64,000 nt of DNA from a virus: IMG/VR virus record IMGVR_UViG_3300021963_009993, positions 64,001 to 128,000 of that record; one strand, written 5' to 3'. The position numbers and the translations under genes are program-made. The notes beneath the pieces were generated by a model. The model saw nothing but the letters and a program-made list of their open reading frames with translations, did not search any database and was not told where the DNA came from. Of this stretch, positions 48,408 to 57,199 are shown one piece after another. The first letter of the stretch is position 1, and each line of letters begins with the position of its first letter.

Positions 48408-49727
48408 ATGCAAAAAATAAAAAGCCTAAAACAATATTTAAGTGAAGAATCTGCTGGTGCTGCAAGTCCAGCAGCACCAGCAGTTGTTTCAAATGAAAAA
48501 ATCAAACAGCTTTCTGAGCTTATATCAAAATTTTTAACTAGACATGTTGATAATCTAAAAAGGGAACTTTTAACTGGTCAGTATCAGAAACAAGGATTCT
48601 TTAGTTCTTTAAATAATTGGTGGAATAACCTAATCTATGGAAGTAGAAATAAAAAGAATCCTTACTATTACCAGAATGTTTTTGGCAGACTTGGAGTAAA
48701 AGAAAGCGTCATTCCAACGCTTGCTGAATATCAGTATCTTGAAAAACAAGCTTTGATTTTAGAACAGGAAGTTGCTGCTGGCACCAAGCTTGAAAAAATA
48801 CTCGATGCATGGTCTAAAACATTCAAAGTTGGTTTAGAGGAAATAATCTACGGTTGTATAGCAAAAGGTAATTGTGAATTAAGCGATCTTAGTCCACAAG
48901 AACTTGAAGCAAAGACAGTAGAAAGACTCAATACGGATAAATCTGTGGAAGATCATGGTGAAGAAGAAACTCCACCAGTTGATACTAGCACAACCACAAC
49001 GACAACGACACCTGTTCCTTTGCCAATTCCACCAGCAGAAGTTTTAGATATTGACTTGTCAAAAAGAAACGAAGTCAGGAAACACAAAGCTCTGATAGAT
49101 AATTGGTTCAGACCTTGGATGGCTTTAGATAAAAGACAACAAAATAGACTTAACAAAGAACAAAACGGTGACTTGTTTGTTGATAGTCCAATGGCACATG
49201 AAAAGATTGGTTACTTTGATATACAATTACCTTTGATGCTCTTGAAAAAAGATCCAAGATATCAGACAATACAAGAACATTTTCCAAATTATCTACAAAA
49301 AATGATTGCTGAGAATAGAGCGCAAAGTCCTACAGAAACCGATGAACAAGCTATTATGAGAGGACTAATAAGATATTCAGATTTCAATTTGCAAATAGCA
49401 AAGAATAAAAACATTTATGGAAGCGAAGTCTACAATATCATTCAAAGAGATCCTGCAATATATGAATATATTAAAAGCAATATAGATAGACTTAAATATT
49501 TTAATTCTAATTTAGATGATATAGAAAATGGAAAATACGACAGAGAAATGTTACAAGACTTTATTGATACATTAAAAAACAAAAAGATTGATGAATTACT
49601 TGGATTAACTGAAAGTAAAAAAGCCCTAAAATCTTTGAGAGATTATAATCATATATCTTTTGATGATACATCAACACTTTACGAAAGAACCTTGGTTTGT
49701 TTAGAAAAAATAAGATCAAGAGATTAA
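48408..49727 (+). CDS. Hypothetical protein with capsid-targeting-like N-terminus
   Basis: Starts MQKIKSLKQYLSEE; central T/P linker. Confidence 0.7.
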   Translation: MQKIKSLKQYLSEESAGAASPAAPAVVSNEKIKQLSELISKFLTRHVDNLKRELLTGQYQKQGFFSSLNNWWNNLIYGSRNKKNPYYYQNVFGRLGVKESVIPTLAEYQYLEKQALILEQEVAAGTKLEKILDAWSKTFKVGLEEIIYGCIAKGNCELSDLSPQELEAKTVERLNTDKSVEDHGEEETPPVDTSTTTTTTTPVPLPIPPAEVLDIDLSKRNEVRKHKALIDNWFRPWMALDKRQQNRLNKEQNGDLFVDSPMAHEKIGYFDIQLPLMLLKKDPRYQTIQEHFPNYLQKMIAENRAQSPTETDEQAIMRGLIRYSDFNLQIAKNKNIYGSEVYNIIQRDPAIYEYIKSNIDRLKYFNSNLDDIENGKYDREMLQDFIDTLKNKKIDELLGLTESKKALKSLRDYNHISFDDTSTLYERTLVCLEKIRSRD

Positions 49728-50066
49728 GTTTTTAAAATCGTCCAAACTTTTCGGATGCTGCAATGGTGTTGAAACCTCATGTTGTGCTTTCACAATTTTT
49801 TCTACATCTATTGGATTTTGATCTTCTGACTTATGGACAAATTGCTCTTCAGCAATTAAATTTATAAAATTATAAAATATAAAATTCTTTTGTTTTGTTG
49901 CTGGGTGTTCATACCATATTCCAGCCTCATCTACATCAATTATTTTTCCAACAAAATAATCAACCAATTGTTTCTCTTCAAAATTTCTGTTTATTGGGCC
50001 TGTGAAAAAGGTAACGATCTTGTTTTTGAAATATTCTAAGTTTCTTCTTTGCTGACCACTAACCAT
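49716..50066 (-). CDS. Hypothetical protein (possible Sm-like beta fold)
   Basis: Start reassigned to 50066; FVGKIIDVDEAGIWY beta pattern; downstream of primase. Confidence 0.55.
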   Translation of the reverse strand: MVSGQQRRNLEYFKNKIVTFFTGPINRNFEEKQLVDYFVGKIIDVDEAGIWYEHPATKQKNFIFYNFINLIAEEQFVHKSEDQNPIDVEKIVKAQHEVSTPLQHPKSLDDFKNLIS

Positions 50067-51072
50067 ATGAATACTCACTTTCGTAGCTGGATTCGTTACT
50101 ATCAATATAACCCCTTATTATTTGAGTATCATGGTGAATTAAAAATTCATTCCAATCCTTCACTATGGATGGAGGTCTGACAAATGTTATTCTGTTAGAT
50201 GTGCCTAACTCAGAAAAAGAATTAAGCTTTTCAACCATCTTCGATATTGCACTTTGACCAGCTTCATCAGCATCTAATGCCATGCATACTTTGTACTTGG
50301 ATAGCAAGATTGCCTGTTTGTCACTAAGATTTTTTCCTCCACATGCAACTGAGTTCAAACCAACTTTTTTCAAAGACATAGCATCAAATTCGCCTTCACA
50401 AAGATATATTTTTTCTCCTTTGCTTGGCCATTTTGTGAAATAAAGAACATCTTCTTTTCCTACACCTATGTCTTTTTCCGGGCCTCTATAACGCAATTCG
50501 CTACCAACTATGCTTCTGCCGTTGAAGTAAATTAAATTTCCTTCCTCGTCATAATAAGGAATTATTATTCTGCCCGAATATTTACCACCCAAACAAATGT
50601 ACAATTCACTTATGTCTAGATTTCTGCTAGCCATATAATTCTTGGCTCTTTGATACCACATTTCTGGGGCTAATGATATCGACATGGTGTGTGGTGGAAG
50701 ATTTATTGTTTTAAATTTGGCTGATTCATAAAGCTCTTCAGCTGTAATTGTTCTCTCTCCGAATTCTAATTCCAACTCATCTTCTATAGGTCTGCCACCC
50801 GATCTTTTAATGCCTAAAATCTGCATCGCTTCATTTTTACTACATTTGTCCACATGCATCACTAAGCCAAGCAGAGTGCCCTTTTTTTCGCTTTTAAAAC
50901 AATGATAAACACCAGAATTTATCTTCCTTTTGCCACCTTCTGGATTACACCAAAGGTGATTTTTCTGGTCTTCTGTAAAGACTGAATTTATGCGTACTTC
51001 TTTGCCATTAATTTTGACATTATCAAATCTTTTTTCTGCCCAATCAACAAACATATCAAAATCAACAGGCAT
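50059..51072 (-). CDS. DNA primase (DnaG/gp61-like, Zn finger + TOPRIM)
   Basis: YHCFKS zinc-finger remnant, IIIPYYD...YFNGR, LCEGEFDAMS, ALDADEAG. Confidence 0.9.
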   Translation of the reverse strand: MPVDFDMFVDWAEKRFDNVKINGKEVRINSVFTEDQKNHLWCNPEGGKRKINSGVYHCFKSEKKGTLLGLVMHVDKCSKNEAMQILGIKRSGGRPIEDELELEFGERTITAEELYESAKFKTINLPPHTMSISLAPEMWYQRAKNYMASRNLDISELYICLGGKYSGRIIIPYYDEEGNLIYFNGRSIVGSELRYRGPEKDIGVGKEDVLYFTKWPSKGEKIYLCEGEFDAMSLKKVGLNSVACGGKNLSDKQAILLSKYKVCMALDADEAGQSAISKMVEKLNSFSELGTSNRITFVRPPSIVKDWNEFLIHHDTQIIRGYIDSNESSYESEYSYG

Positions 51073-51125
51073 GTTTCTTCTCCCACTCTCATTTCAGAAT
51101 AAAACAAACTATAATAAAAATAGCT

Positions 51126-51887
51126 ATGAAAATCAACCATTTAAGTGTTAGTCGTTCTCAATGTTTTGAGCAATGTCAACAACAGTATAAATATAAATAT
51201 CATCTGCAAGTAATTCCAGACAAACCTGAGCAACTTTACTTCATGTATGGAAAGCTCGTACATAAGGCTGCGGAGCTATATGTTGAAGGCAAGGGAGAAG
51301 AACCAATCGAAAAAATTGGTGAAAAACTATTGAAAAAAGAGATACTTTTTGAAAACACAAATGATTTACACCGACTTACACCGGAATACAACAATAAATT
51401 CTGGAATCATTTACTAGCTGTAAAAAAGCTCACGGATAAAATCGGTTTTGAAGGAGAAGTAGAACACAAAATAGAATATGATCTTTTTCCACCTAACAAA
51501 AAAATATTACTGGGTTTCATAGATCGTCTTTTTTTTAAAAATGATTGTGCTTTTATAATTGACTATAAAACTTCAAAAGACAATGCATGGAGAAAAAACA
51601 AAACTACAATCAAACAAGATTTGCAAATGAATTCATATGCTCTTTATGTAAATGAAAAGTTCAATATACCTCCTGAAAAAATAAACGCAGCCCTTTTCTA
51701 TTTGGAAGGTGGCAAAATGGTTAGTACTAATTTCACAGAAGAAAATTTGAAGAAGTGCAAGGAAAAACTTAAAAACCTCTATTGCAATATTGAAGAGATA
51801 GATGAGAATAAGGCTATTGGAAATGTAGGAAATCATTGCTATAGATGTGATTATTCCAACATTTGCCCTTTCTTCAGAACGAGATAA
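51126..51887 (+). CDS. PD-(D/E)xK RecB/Cas4-like exonuclease
   Basis: N-terminal Cys, GKLVHK, GFIDRL, IIDYKTS, QMNSYA and C-terminal CxxC...C. Confidence 0.88.
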   Translation: MKINHLSVSRSQCFEQCQQQYKYKYHLQVIPDKPEQLYFMYGKLVHKAAELYVEGKGEEPIEKIGEKLLKKEILFENTNDLHRLTPEYNNKFWNHLLAVKKLTDKIGFEGEVEHKIEYDLFPPNKKILLGFIDRLFFKNDCAFIIDYKTSKDNAWRKNKTTIKQDLQMNSYALYVNEKFNIPPEKINAALFYLEGGKMVSTNFTEENLKKCKEKLKNLYCNIEEIDENKAIGNVGNHCYRCDYSNICPFFRTR

Positions 51888-51889
51888 TT

Positions 51890-52351
51890 ATGTCTATTAA
51901 AAAGAAAGAACAAAAAAAGCTGGCCATGAGCCACATGATATTTCTTACCGAAGAACAAAGATATGATCTTTTCAACGGAGTAAAAATAGAAGCGGTTGGA
52001 ATACTTACTCAAATTGATTTTGTTAAGAATTATAAAAACCATATTAATCAAGAAGTTTTCTGCAAATATTTTATAGATTGTGAACCTGAAAATCCAGCAA
52101 TCAGAGCTTATGCAGAACATTATGAAATTCATATTCCGATGGAATACGATGCGGAATCATTTTTTGCTGCAAAGAACTTTGATGTAGTATACATTCATGA
52201 CATATTGAATAAAAAAGATGGAGGCAAGGAAATGATTTTCTTTGAAAAAGCATTTAAAAATAGTAAAAACAATTTGGATTCTTATCACAAAGTTGAAATA
52301 AAAGATATCAAATTTTTTGATGAATCCATGATGTTTTCAAAAATTAGTTAG
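51890..52351 (+). CDS. Hypothetical protein
   Basis: Start reassigned to ATG 51890, just after the nuclease stop. Confidence 0.65.
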   Translation: MSIKKKEQKKLAMSHMIFLTEEQRYDLFNGVKIEAVGILTQIDFVKNYKNHINQEVFCKYFIDCEPENPAIRAYAEHYEIHIPMEYDAESFFAAKNFDVVYIHDILNKKDGGKEMIFFEKAFKNSKNNLDSYHKVEIKDIKFFDESMMFSKIS

Positions 52352-52878
52352 CAATTTCTTAATGAAATTGTATATTTTACAGTAATATTTGTTCCGGCAG
52401 GTACGCTTACGGGTTGTGCCAAAGGAACACTTGAATAAAGAGTTGCACTAGTATTTGTTGCTCTATCAGTTAAAAACAAATTTCTTACTGGTCCCCAACT
52501 ACCTGTTGTGGCAACAAATGTTCCCGGTGTTTTTGTTCCAGCAGCAACTGTTTCTCCTATGATGTTTATTTGAAAACCAGTAGAGCTACCATTGCTTGGA
52601 ACTCCAATTCTCGCATAACCATTGCCGTTAGGTTCGCCAACTAGACTGTCTATGGTATCAGTAAATTGTATTGATATTCTATTATCAAGACCTATGTAAT
52701 AGTTTGATGGTATATAAGCGTTTCCAGAATTACCGCCTATAAACAAGGCACTTAATATCTTGCTTTCTCCACCGAGATGAAGTAAATTGTAGATATTTTC
52801 CTCAAGATAAAGTATTTCATCTCCACGATGTACTTTAAATTCATTTATTTTTAGAATTCCGTGCCAATCTTTTTTCAT
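52348..52878 (-). CDS. Putative minor tail/structural protein
   Basis: YYIGL...GNGYARI...FVATTGSWGPVRNLFL...ITVKY pattern seen in phage tail-associated proteins. Confidence 0.55.
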   Translation of the reverse strand: MKKDWHGILKINEFKVHRGDEILYLEENIYNLLHLGGESKILSALFIGGNSGNAYIPSNYYIGLDNRISIQFTDTIDSLVGEPNGNGYARIGVPSNGSSTGFQINIIGETVAAGTKTPGTFVATTGSWGPVRNLFLTDRATNTSATLYSSVPLAQPVSVPAGTNITVKYTISLRNC

Positions 52879-52898
52879 AATTTTACCTACATATATTT

Positions 52899-53120
52899 AT
52901 GATCTCATTCAAAGAATATATCAAACTTCAAGAAATTGCTGGTAATTTTGGTCTGGAACCACCGAAAGAATTCGATCCACAACCAAAAGATTCCATAAGT
53001 AACTTAGAAAAACCTCCAACATTTGAATCAGAAAAATCAAATTTGCAAAAAGTAAAAGAAAAAGAAGATATAGAAAAAAATCGCCGTAAAACTTTCGTTA
53101 AACGGCGATTTTTAAAATAA
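52899..53120 (+). CDS. Small protein with capsid-targeting-like N-terminus
   Basis: Starts MISFKEYIKLQE. Confidence 0.65.
   Translation: MISFKEYIKLQEIAGNFGLEPPKEFDPQPKDSISNLEKPPTFESEKSNLQKVKEKEDIEKNRRKTFVKRRFLK
53076..53113. terminator. Probable bidirectional terminator hairpin
   Basis: aaaaatcgccgt ... acggcgattttt 12-bp stem between converging genes. Confidence 0.7.
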
Positions 53121-53129
53121 AAATTTCAA

Positions 53130-53486
53130 TCAATCATCGTCTTCTTCGTCTTCTTCGTCTTCTTCGTCTTCATCCTCTTCATCGTCCCAATCATCATCAT
53201 CCTCGTCTTCATCGTCCCAATCATCATCCTCGTCTTCGTCTTCGTCTTCATCCTCGTCTTCATCATCCCAATCATCTTCCTCATCGTCCCAATCGTCTTC
53301 GTCTTCGTCCTCATCGTCATCCCAACTATCCCAATCATCTTCATCGTCATCTTCATCATCTTCATAAGATGTAGATAATTTAGGTTCAATAATTGTACAA
53401 AAACCAGAATCATTTAACGAAGAGAAAAAGCAATCAATATTTTCTTCATTTAATTTTGGATTGATGTTTCTTAAAAACCAACGCAT
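53130..53486 (-). CDS. Hyperacidic protein with Trp-studded Asp/Glu tail
   Basis: C-terminal ~77 aa are almost all D/E with six W in DDWDD-type motifs; start shares a base with the upstream stop. Confidence 0.7.
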   Translation of the reverse strand: MRWFLRNINPKLNEENIDCFFSSLNDSGFCTIIEPKLSTSYEDDEDDDEDDWDSWDDDEDEDEDDWDDEEDDWDDEDEDEDEDEDEDDDWDDEDEDDDDWDDEEDEDEEDEEDEEDDD

Positions 53487-55129
53487 TATTTAAACCCCCT
53501 GCAATTTGAAACATATGAAACACGACCGCATGATGTATGATAGCGTATATCACAATTATTTTCAAATTTTGGTTCAGGAATTGGTGTAGTTCCTGCACAG
53601 CTTCCATATGTGCAACATCCTGTATTATTTTTAGGCTTCCAACACTTGCCATACTCTGGATTACCTTTAATCTTACAGTTGTTTGTAAAACAATCACATT
53701 GGAATATATTTCTTACAAGATTGTTCTCCTGATCTTTCGACCACACATCACCCTCTTTATCACCAAATACATTCTTTCCAAAAATGTATTCCATGAAATA
53801 CTTGGCTGCATTTAAAGAATCATCGACACAACATGCCTCATTAACACCCGGAGCAAATCCCTGCATTTGGTACATTTCATCTACAGGTATACAAACATTC
53901 ATGTCCATTAAATTTTGAACACCCATAGATTCAACTGCGTCAGGAACGATGTGCTTAAGTTGTACCTTTAAGCTAGCTTTCTTGATTTGCAAATCATTAA
54001 AGTGTGTAATCTTTGTGACATTTTTCTCGAAATTGTTCACATTGCTCATGCTCATGGCACGAACAGCAAAGACATTTCTATTATTGAAAACTTTGGTCAA
54101 AACATCAGCATGAGACTCAGGTCTTGCTGCATCCACTTGCTGCCATGTCTTACAGAATGTTTCAAAGAAGTTAGATGCAGCTGGGGCTATTTTGCAAGCT
54201 TCAAGGAATGTATCTTTCAAATACTCTCTAGCCTTAACAATAGCTAATTTGTTGTTTCCAAACTTGTCAACCAAACCACAAAGAACATCATAGAAAATTC
54301 CTGTCATAACCCTTGAAAAAGAATGAGGTTCAGATGATAATTGATCATTCGGAGCATTGTGTGGCAATGTCTCAGGTTTGATGTAATTAAATGTGTTAAA
54401 AGCATTTCTCAAACCATGACTAAAACCAAGTTCAGCACCAAACTGTTCTGCCACTTCACTAATAATATTATTTTGTCTTAGATTACCGTTTGTTCTTTCC
54501 ATAAGATAATTCAAAACAATATCATAATGTAATGTTGCTAATATAGCTGTTATGTCACCAAAAGCTTCATGGAAAGCCCAAATTTCCATAGAAGCCATGC
54601 TGAAAAACTCTGGTCTAATTGCATCCAACAAAGCATGACCTAATTCATGAGATACAATATCAGCAGACAAACAGGTATAAACTGTTTCTTTACCCTTAGT
54701 GAAATAAAAGAACTTCAAAAATGACCTGTCATAATAGGCATTTGCCTGTTGACCAGCCAAAGGATTGACTTGAAGTGTGTCAACCATTGCCCACTTTGTT
54801 ATATTCAATTTAGGATTCAAGAAGTTAATTGTATTAGCCAATACACCATAAGCATTTGCAGCTTTGCCACCATTTGTGTTAAAATCCATTTCATTAGGAT
54901 TTAAATACATAACAGATATTTTTAATCTATCTGGTTTAACATCAGCTACACTTTCTGTTAGTGCTGGATATGCTGGATCATTTACATAAAATCTCATTTT
55001 GCCTCCAAATGGGTCTATTTTTTGAATAACAGGTGGTGTTGGAATCTTGTTGTTAATCTTAGGAGGTCTTCTCCATACTACATTAAATAAGTCCATTGCC
55101 TTATCATATAAATACTTGCAATTGAACAT
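53486..55129 (-). CDS. Gluzincin metallopeptidase (M4/M36-like) with Cys-rich C-terminus
   Basis: NAYYD, DIVSHELGHA, AFHEAFGD, EPHSFS; GGAGGTG SD. Confidence 0.8.
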   Translation of the reverse strand: MFNCKYLYDKAMDLFNVVWRRPPKINNKIPTPPVIQKIDPFGGKMRFYVNDPAYPALTESVADVKPDRLKISVMYLNPNEMDFNTNGGKAANAYGVLANTINFLNPKLNITKWAMVDTLQVNPLAGQQANAYYDRSFLKFFYFTKGKETVYTCLSADIVSHELGHALLDAIRPEFFSMASMEIWAFHEAFGDITAILATLHYDIVLNYLMERTNGNLRQNNIISEVAEQFGAELGFSHGLRNAFNTFNYIKPETLPHNAPNDQLSSEPHSFSRVMTGIFYDVLCGLVDKFGNNKLAIVKAREYLKDTFLEACKIAPAASNFFETFCKTWQQVDAARPESHADVLTKVFNNRNVFAVRAMSMSNVNNFEKNVTKITHFNDLQIKKASLKVQLKHIVPDAVESMGVQNLMDMNVCIPVDEMYQMQGFAPGVNEACCVDDSLNAAKYFMEYIFGKNVFGDKEGDVWSKDQENNLVRNIFQCDCFTNNCKIKGNPEYGKCWKPKNNTGCCTYGSCAGTTPIPEPKFENNCDIRYHTSCGRVSYVSNCRGFK

Positions 55130-55151
55130 AATTCACCTCCAAAGGATATTT

Positions 55152-55670
55152 ATGAATATCGAAGAAAGAATTAGGGAACAAAGAACATCAGAAGCTACAA
55201 GAAAAAATTTTATGGGCATAGAAGGCAAAATATGCCTAATAGCAAGATTCCTAGGTAGCCAAATAATAAACCAAGGTTATTCACCAGAATACCTAGATTA
55301 TGATAGTTTCTATACTACAGATCCAAATGAAATACCTACTTTTGATGATGAATTTTCTTCAAACGAAGTTGGATATTCATTTGATGGCCTTTCAAGAGGT
55401 ATTCATATGAATATAACCTACATAGAATCACAAGCCATAATCAAACTATGGTATAAAGGGTATTTGACATACCATGAAGAGGAAGGAAACCTTCAAACTT
55501 ACATACCAAATGATATTTGGGAAAACCAAATTGAAAATCTTTACAAGATAGTTGAATTGCAATTAAAGAAAAAAATAGAACAGTACAAAAAAGAAGAACC
55601 GGCAATTACTAAAGCAATTGAGAAAAGTGAATTACAAAAATTAAGAGACAGATGGGGCGATATTATCTAA
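55152..55670 (+). CDS. Hypothetical protein
   Basis: Start reassigned to ATG 55152 after AAAGGA. Confidence 0.7.
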   Translation: MNIEERIREQRTSEATRKNFMGIEGKICLIARFLGSQIINQGYSPEYLDYDSFYTTDPNEIPTFDDEFSSNEVGYSFDGLSRGIHMNITYIESQAIIKLWYKGYLTYHEEEGNLQTYIPNDIWENQIENLYKIVELQLKKKIEQYKKEEPAITKAIEKSELQKLRDRWGDII

Positions 55671-55795
55671 CTGTTTGTTTTTGATTCGCAATTTAAACAC
55701 TTGTAAACCTTAGTGCCATCACAATAATCATGTGAATCAACACAGACTGTTTTAAATCCACACTCGTAACAGATTACTATTGATTCGTTTTCCAT
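55667..55795 (-). CDS. 42-aa zinc-ribbon microprotein (absent from the ORF track)
   Basis: Manual translation MENESIVICYECGFKTVCVDSHDYCDGTKVYKCLNCESKTNS with two CxxC; fills the gap between two genes. Confidence 0.6.
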   Translation of the reverse strand: MENESIVICYECGFKTVCVDSHDYCDGTKVYKCLNCESKTNS

Positions 55796-55800
55796 GATAA

Positions 55801-56625
55801 TTAGGGAGGGGTTACAAGGTCGGCTGAAGTAAGAACATATGGAGTTTCCATAATTGCTGTCAAGTTGCCAGCTGTATATGTGTAAAATGTTTTCTTTGCC
55901 AAATATCCCTCTGTGGCTCCAGCTGGATATTTAATTTCATAATCTAAAACGGTTCCCGTATAGCTTCTCTTGTAAAACCAATAACCATCACTTGATCCAG
56001 CAAGTAATTGCCAATCTGGAGTAGGACTTGCTGGATTAAAACCAGCAGCTGTGATTACTGCTGCATCAACAGCACTTAAAGGATTCAACAAAACAAGTCT
56101 GTCAGGGCCAAGATTTGGATAATCAAATCTGTTTTCTAAGGCGTACTTTTCAAAAAGAGTCGGAAGTTCACCAACAGGTGCCTCATAATTGAATTTTAAA
56201 ATAGATTCAGCAGCACCATTTGAAACATAAGCTCTAAAATTACCCTTACTTCTCTTAGCCTTAATCAAGATTTTATTTAGCGTAGTTGAACTTTTTCCAC
56301 TTGAATACAATTGTGCAACAAATAGATCCGCAAATGTTGCATTTGCATTCAAACTGTTCACAACTTCCAAAGCGGTCACAGATGCGATATTGGTAGCTGT
56401 TATTGTTATTGGTAAAGATGCATAGCCCAACAATGCTGGATCATATGCATAATTTAAAGTCAAAACGGTGTTACCAGTTAGATTGTAAGGCTCAACATTT
56501 CCACATAGCATGTAATCGCTACGATTGGTGTTTCCCTTTAACTTAAAGCCAGTTTGATATTGTCTATCAGATCCTATTAAAGAAGGTCTAAATTCAAAAT
56601 CAAACACATTTTGGAAAAATGGCAT
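55801..56625 (-). CDS. Putative virion structural protein
   Basis: 274-aa ORF; VTALEVVNSLNA motif typical of tail/sheath-associated domains. Confidence 0.55.
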   Translation of the reverse strand: MPFFQNVFDFEFRPSLIGSDRQYQTGFKLKGNTNRSDYMLCGNVEPYNLTGNTVLTLNYAYDPALLGYASLPITITATNIASVTALEVVNSLNANATFADLFVAQLYSSGKSSTTLNKILIKAKRSKGNFRAYVSNGAAESILKFNYEAPVGELPTLFEKYALENRFDYPNLGPDRLVLLNPLSAVDAAVITAAGFNPASPTPDWQLLAGSSDGYWFYKRSYTGTVLDYEIKYPAGATEGYLAKKTFYTYTAGNLTAIMETPYVLTSADLVTPP

Positions 56626-56659
56626 ATTAACCCCGTTTATAAATATATAAGCTATTTAT

Positions 56660-57163
56660 TTACAAGCCACGCAAAATCATTCTTAAATTATCAACATCAT
56701 TTCTGCTTTTTTCAATTTGGGACTCATAAAAAATTTCCATCCATCTCTTGTCAGGTTCATCAAGAAGGTTCAGATCAACGGAAATTCTCATGGCATAATT
56801 TTCCACAACCTCAGTTTCCATCTTCAAAGCATATTCCAAAAGTTCCTTAAGATCATATGAAACCATATAATCATTATGCTCTTTTACTTGTAAAGATGCT
56901 GTAACATCTGCTCCCAAACCAAGTATTGCATTTTGAAATTCATACACATGTTTCATTTCTTCACCAGCCTCATGAAGAAACATTTCTTTGTATTCTTCTC
57001 TATGAAGACCAGATACAGTTGAAGCAGCTGTCAAATAAAATAACATGTGCTTGCGCTCATTCTTCAAATCATCAAGCATCAAATTGACAAAATGACAGTA
57101 ATTTTCATTCTTCAGCATTTTAAACTCCATGTAATTACTCATTTTATTATAGTTAGAAATCAT
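56660..57163 (-). CDS. Ferritin-like (bacterioferritin/rubrerythrin-type) four-helix protein
   Basis: NERKH, EAGEEMKH...ILGLG, YALKMETEVVENY diiron-type motifs. Confidence 0.75.
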   Translation of the reverse strand: MISNYNKMSNYMEFKMLKNENYCHFVNLMLDDLKNERKHMLFYLTAASTVSGLHREEYKEMFLHEAGEEMKHVYEFQNAILGLGADVTASLQVKEHNDYMVSYDLKELLEYALKMETEVVENYAMRISVDLNLLDEPDKRWMEIFYESQIEKSRNDVDNLRMILRGL

Positions 57164-57199
57164 GTTTTGTTCAAAGGCATATATACACTTGAGGCCTAT

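Noticed and set aside
51126-51887. Cas4-like gene as part of a CRISPR-Cas system
   Set aside because: No repeat-spacer array and no cas1, cas2 or effector genes seen in the window
53126-53413. Met/Lys/Thr-rich ORF (MKMMKMTMK...)
   Set aside because: Alternative frame of the Asp/Glu-rich gene, produced by its GAT/GAA/GAC codon repeats
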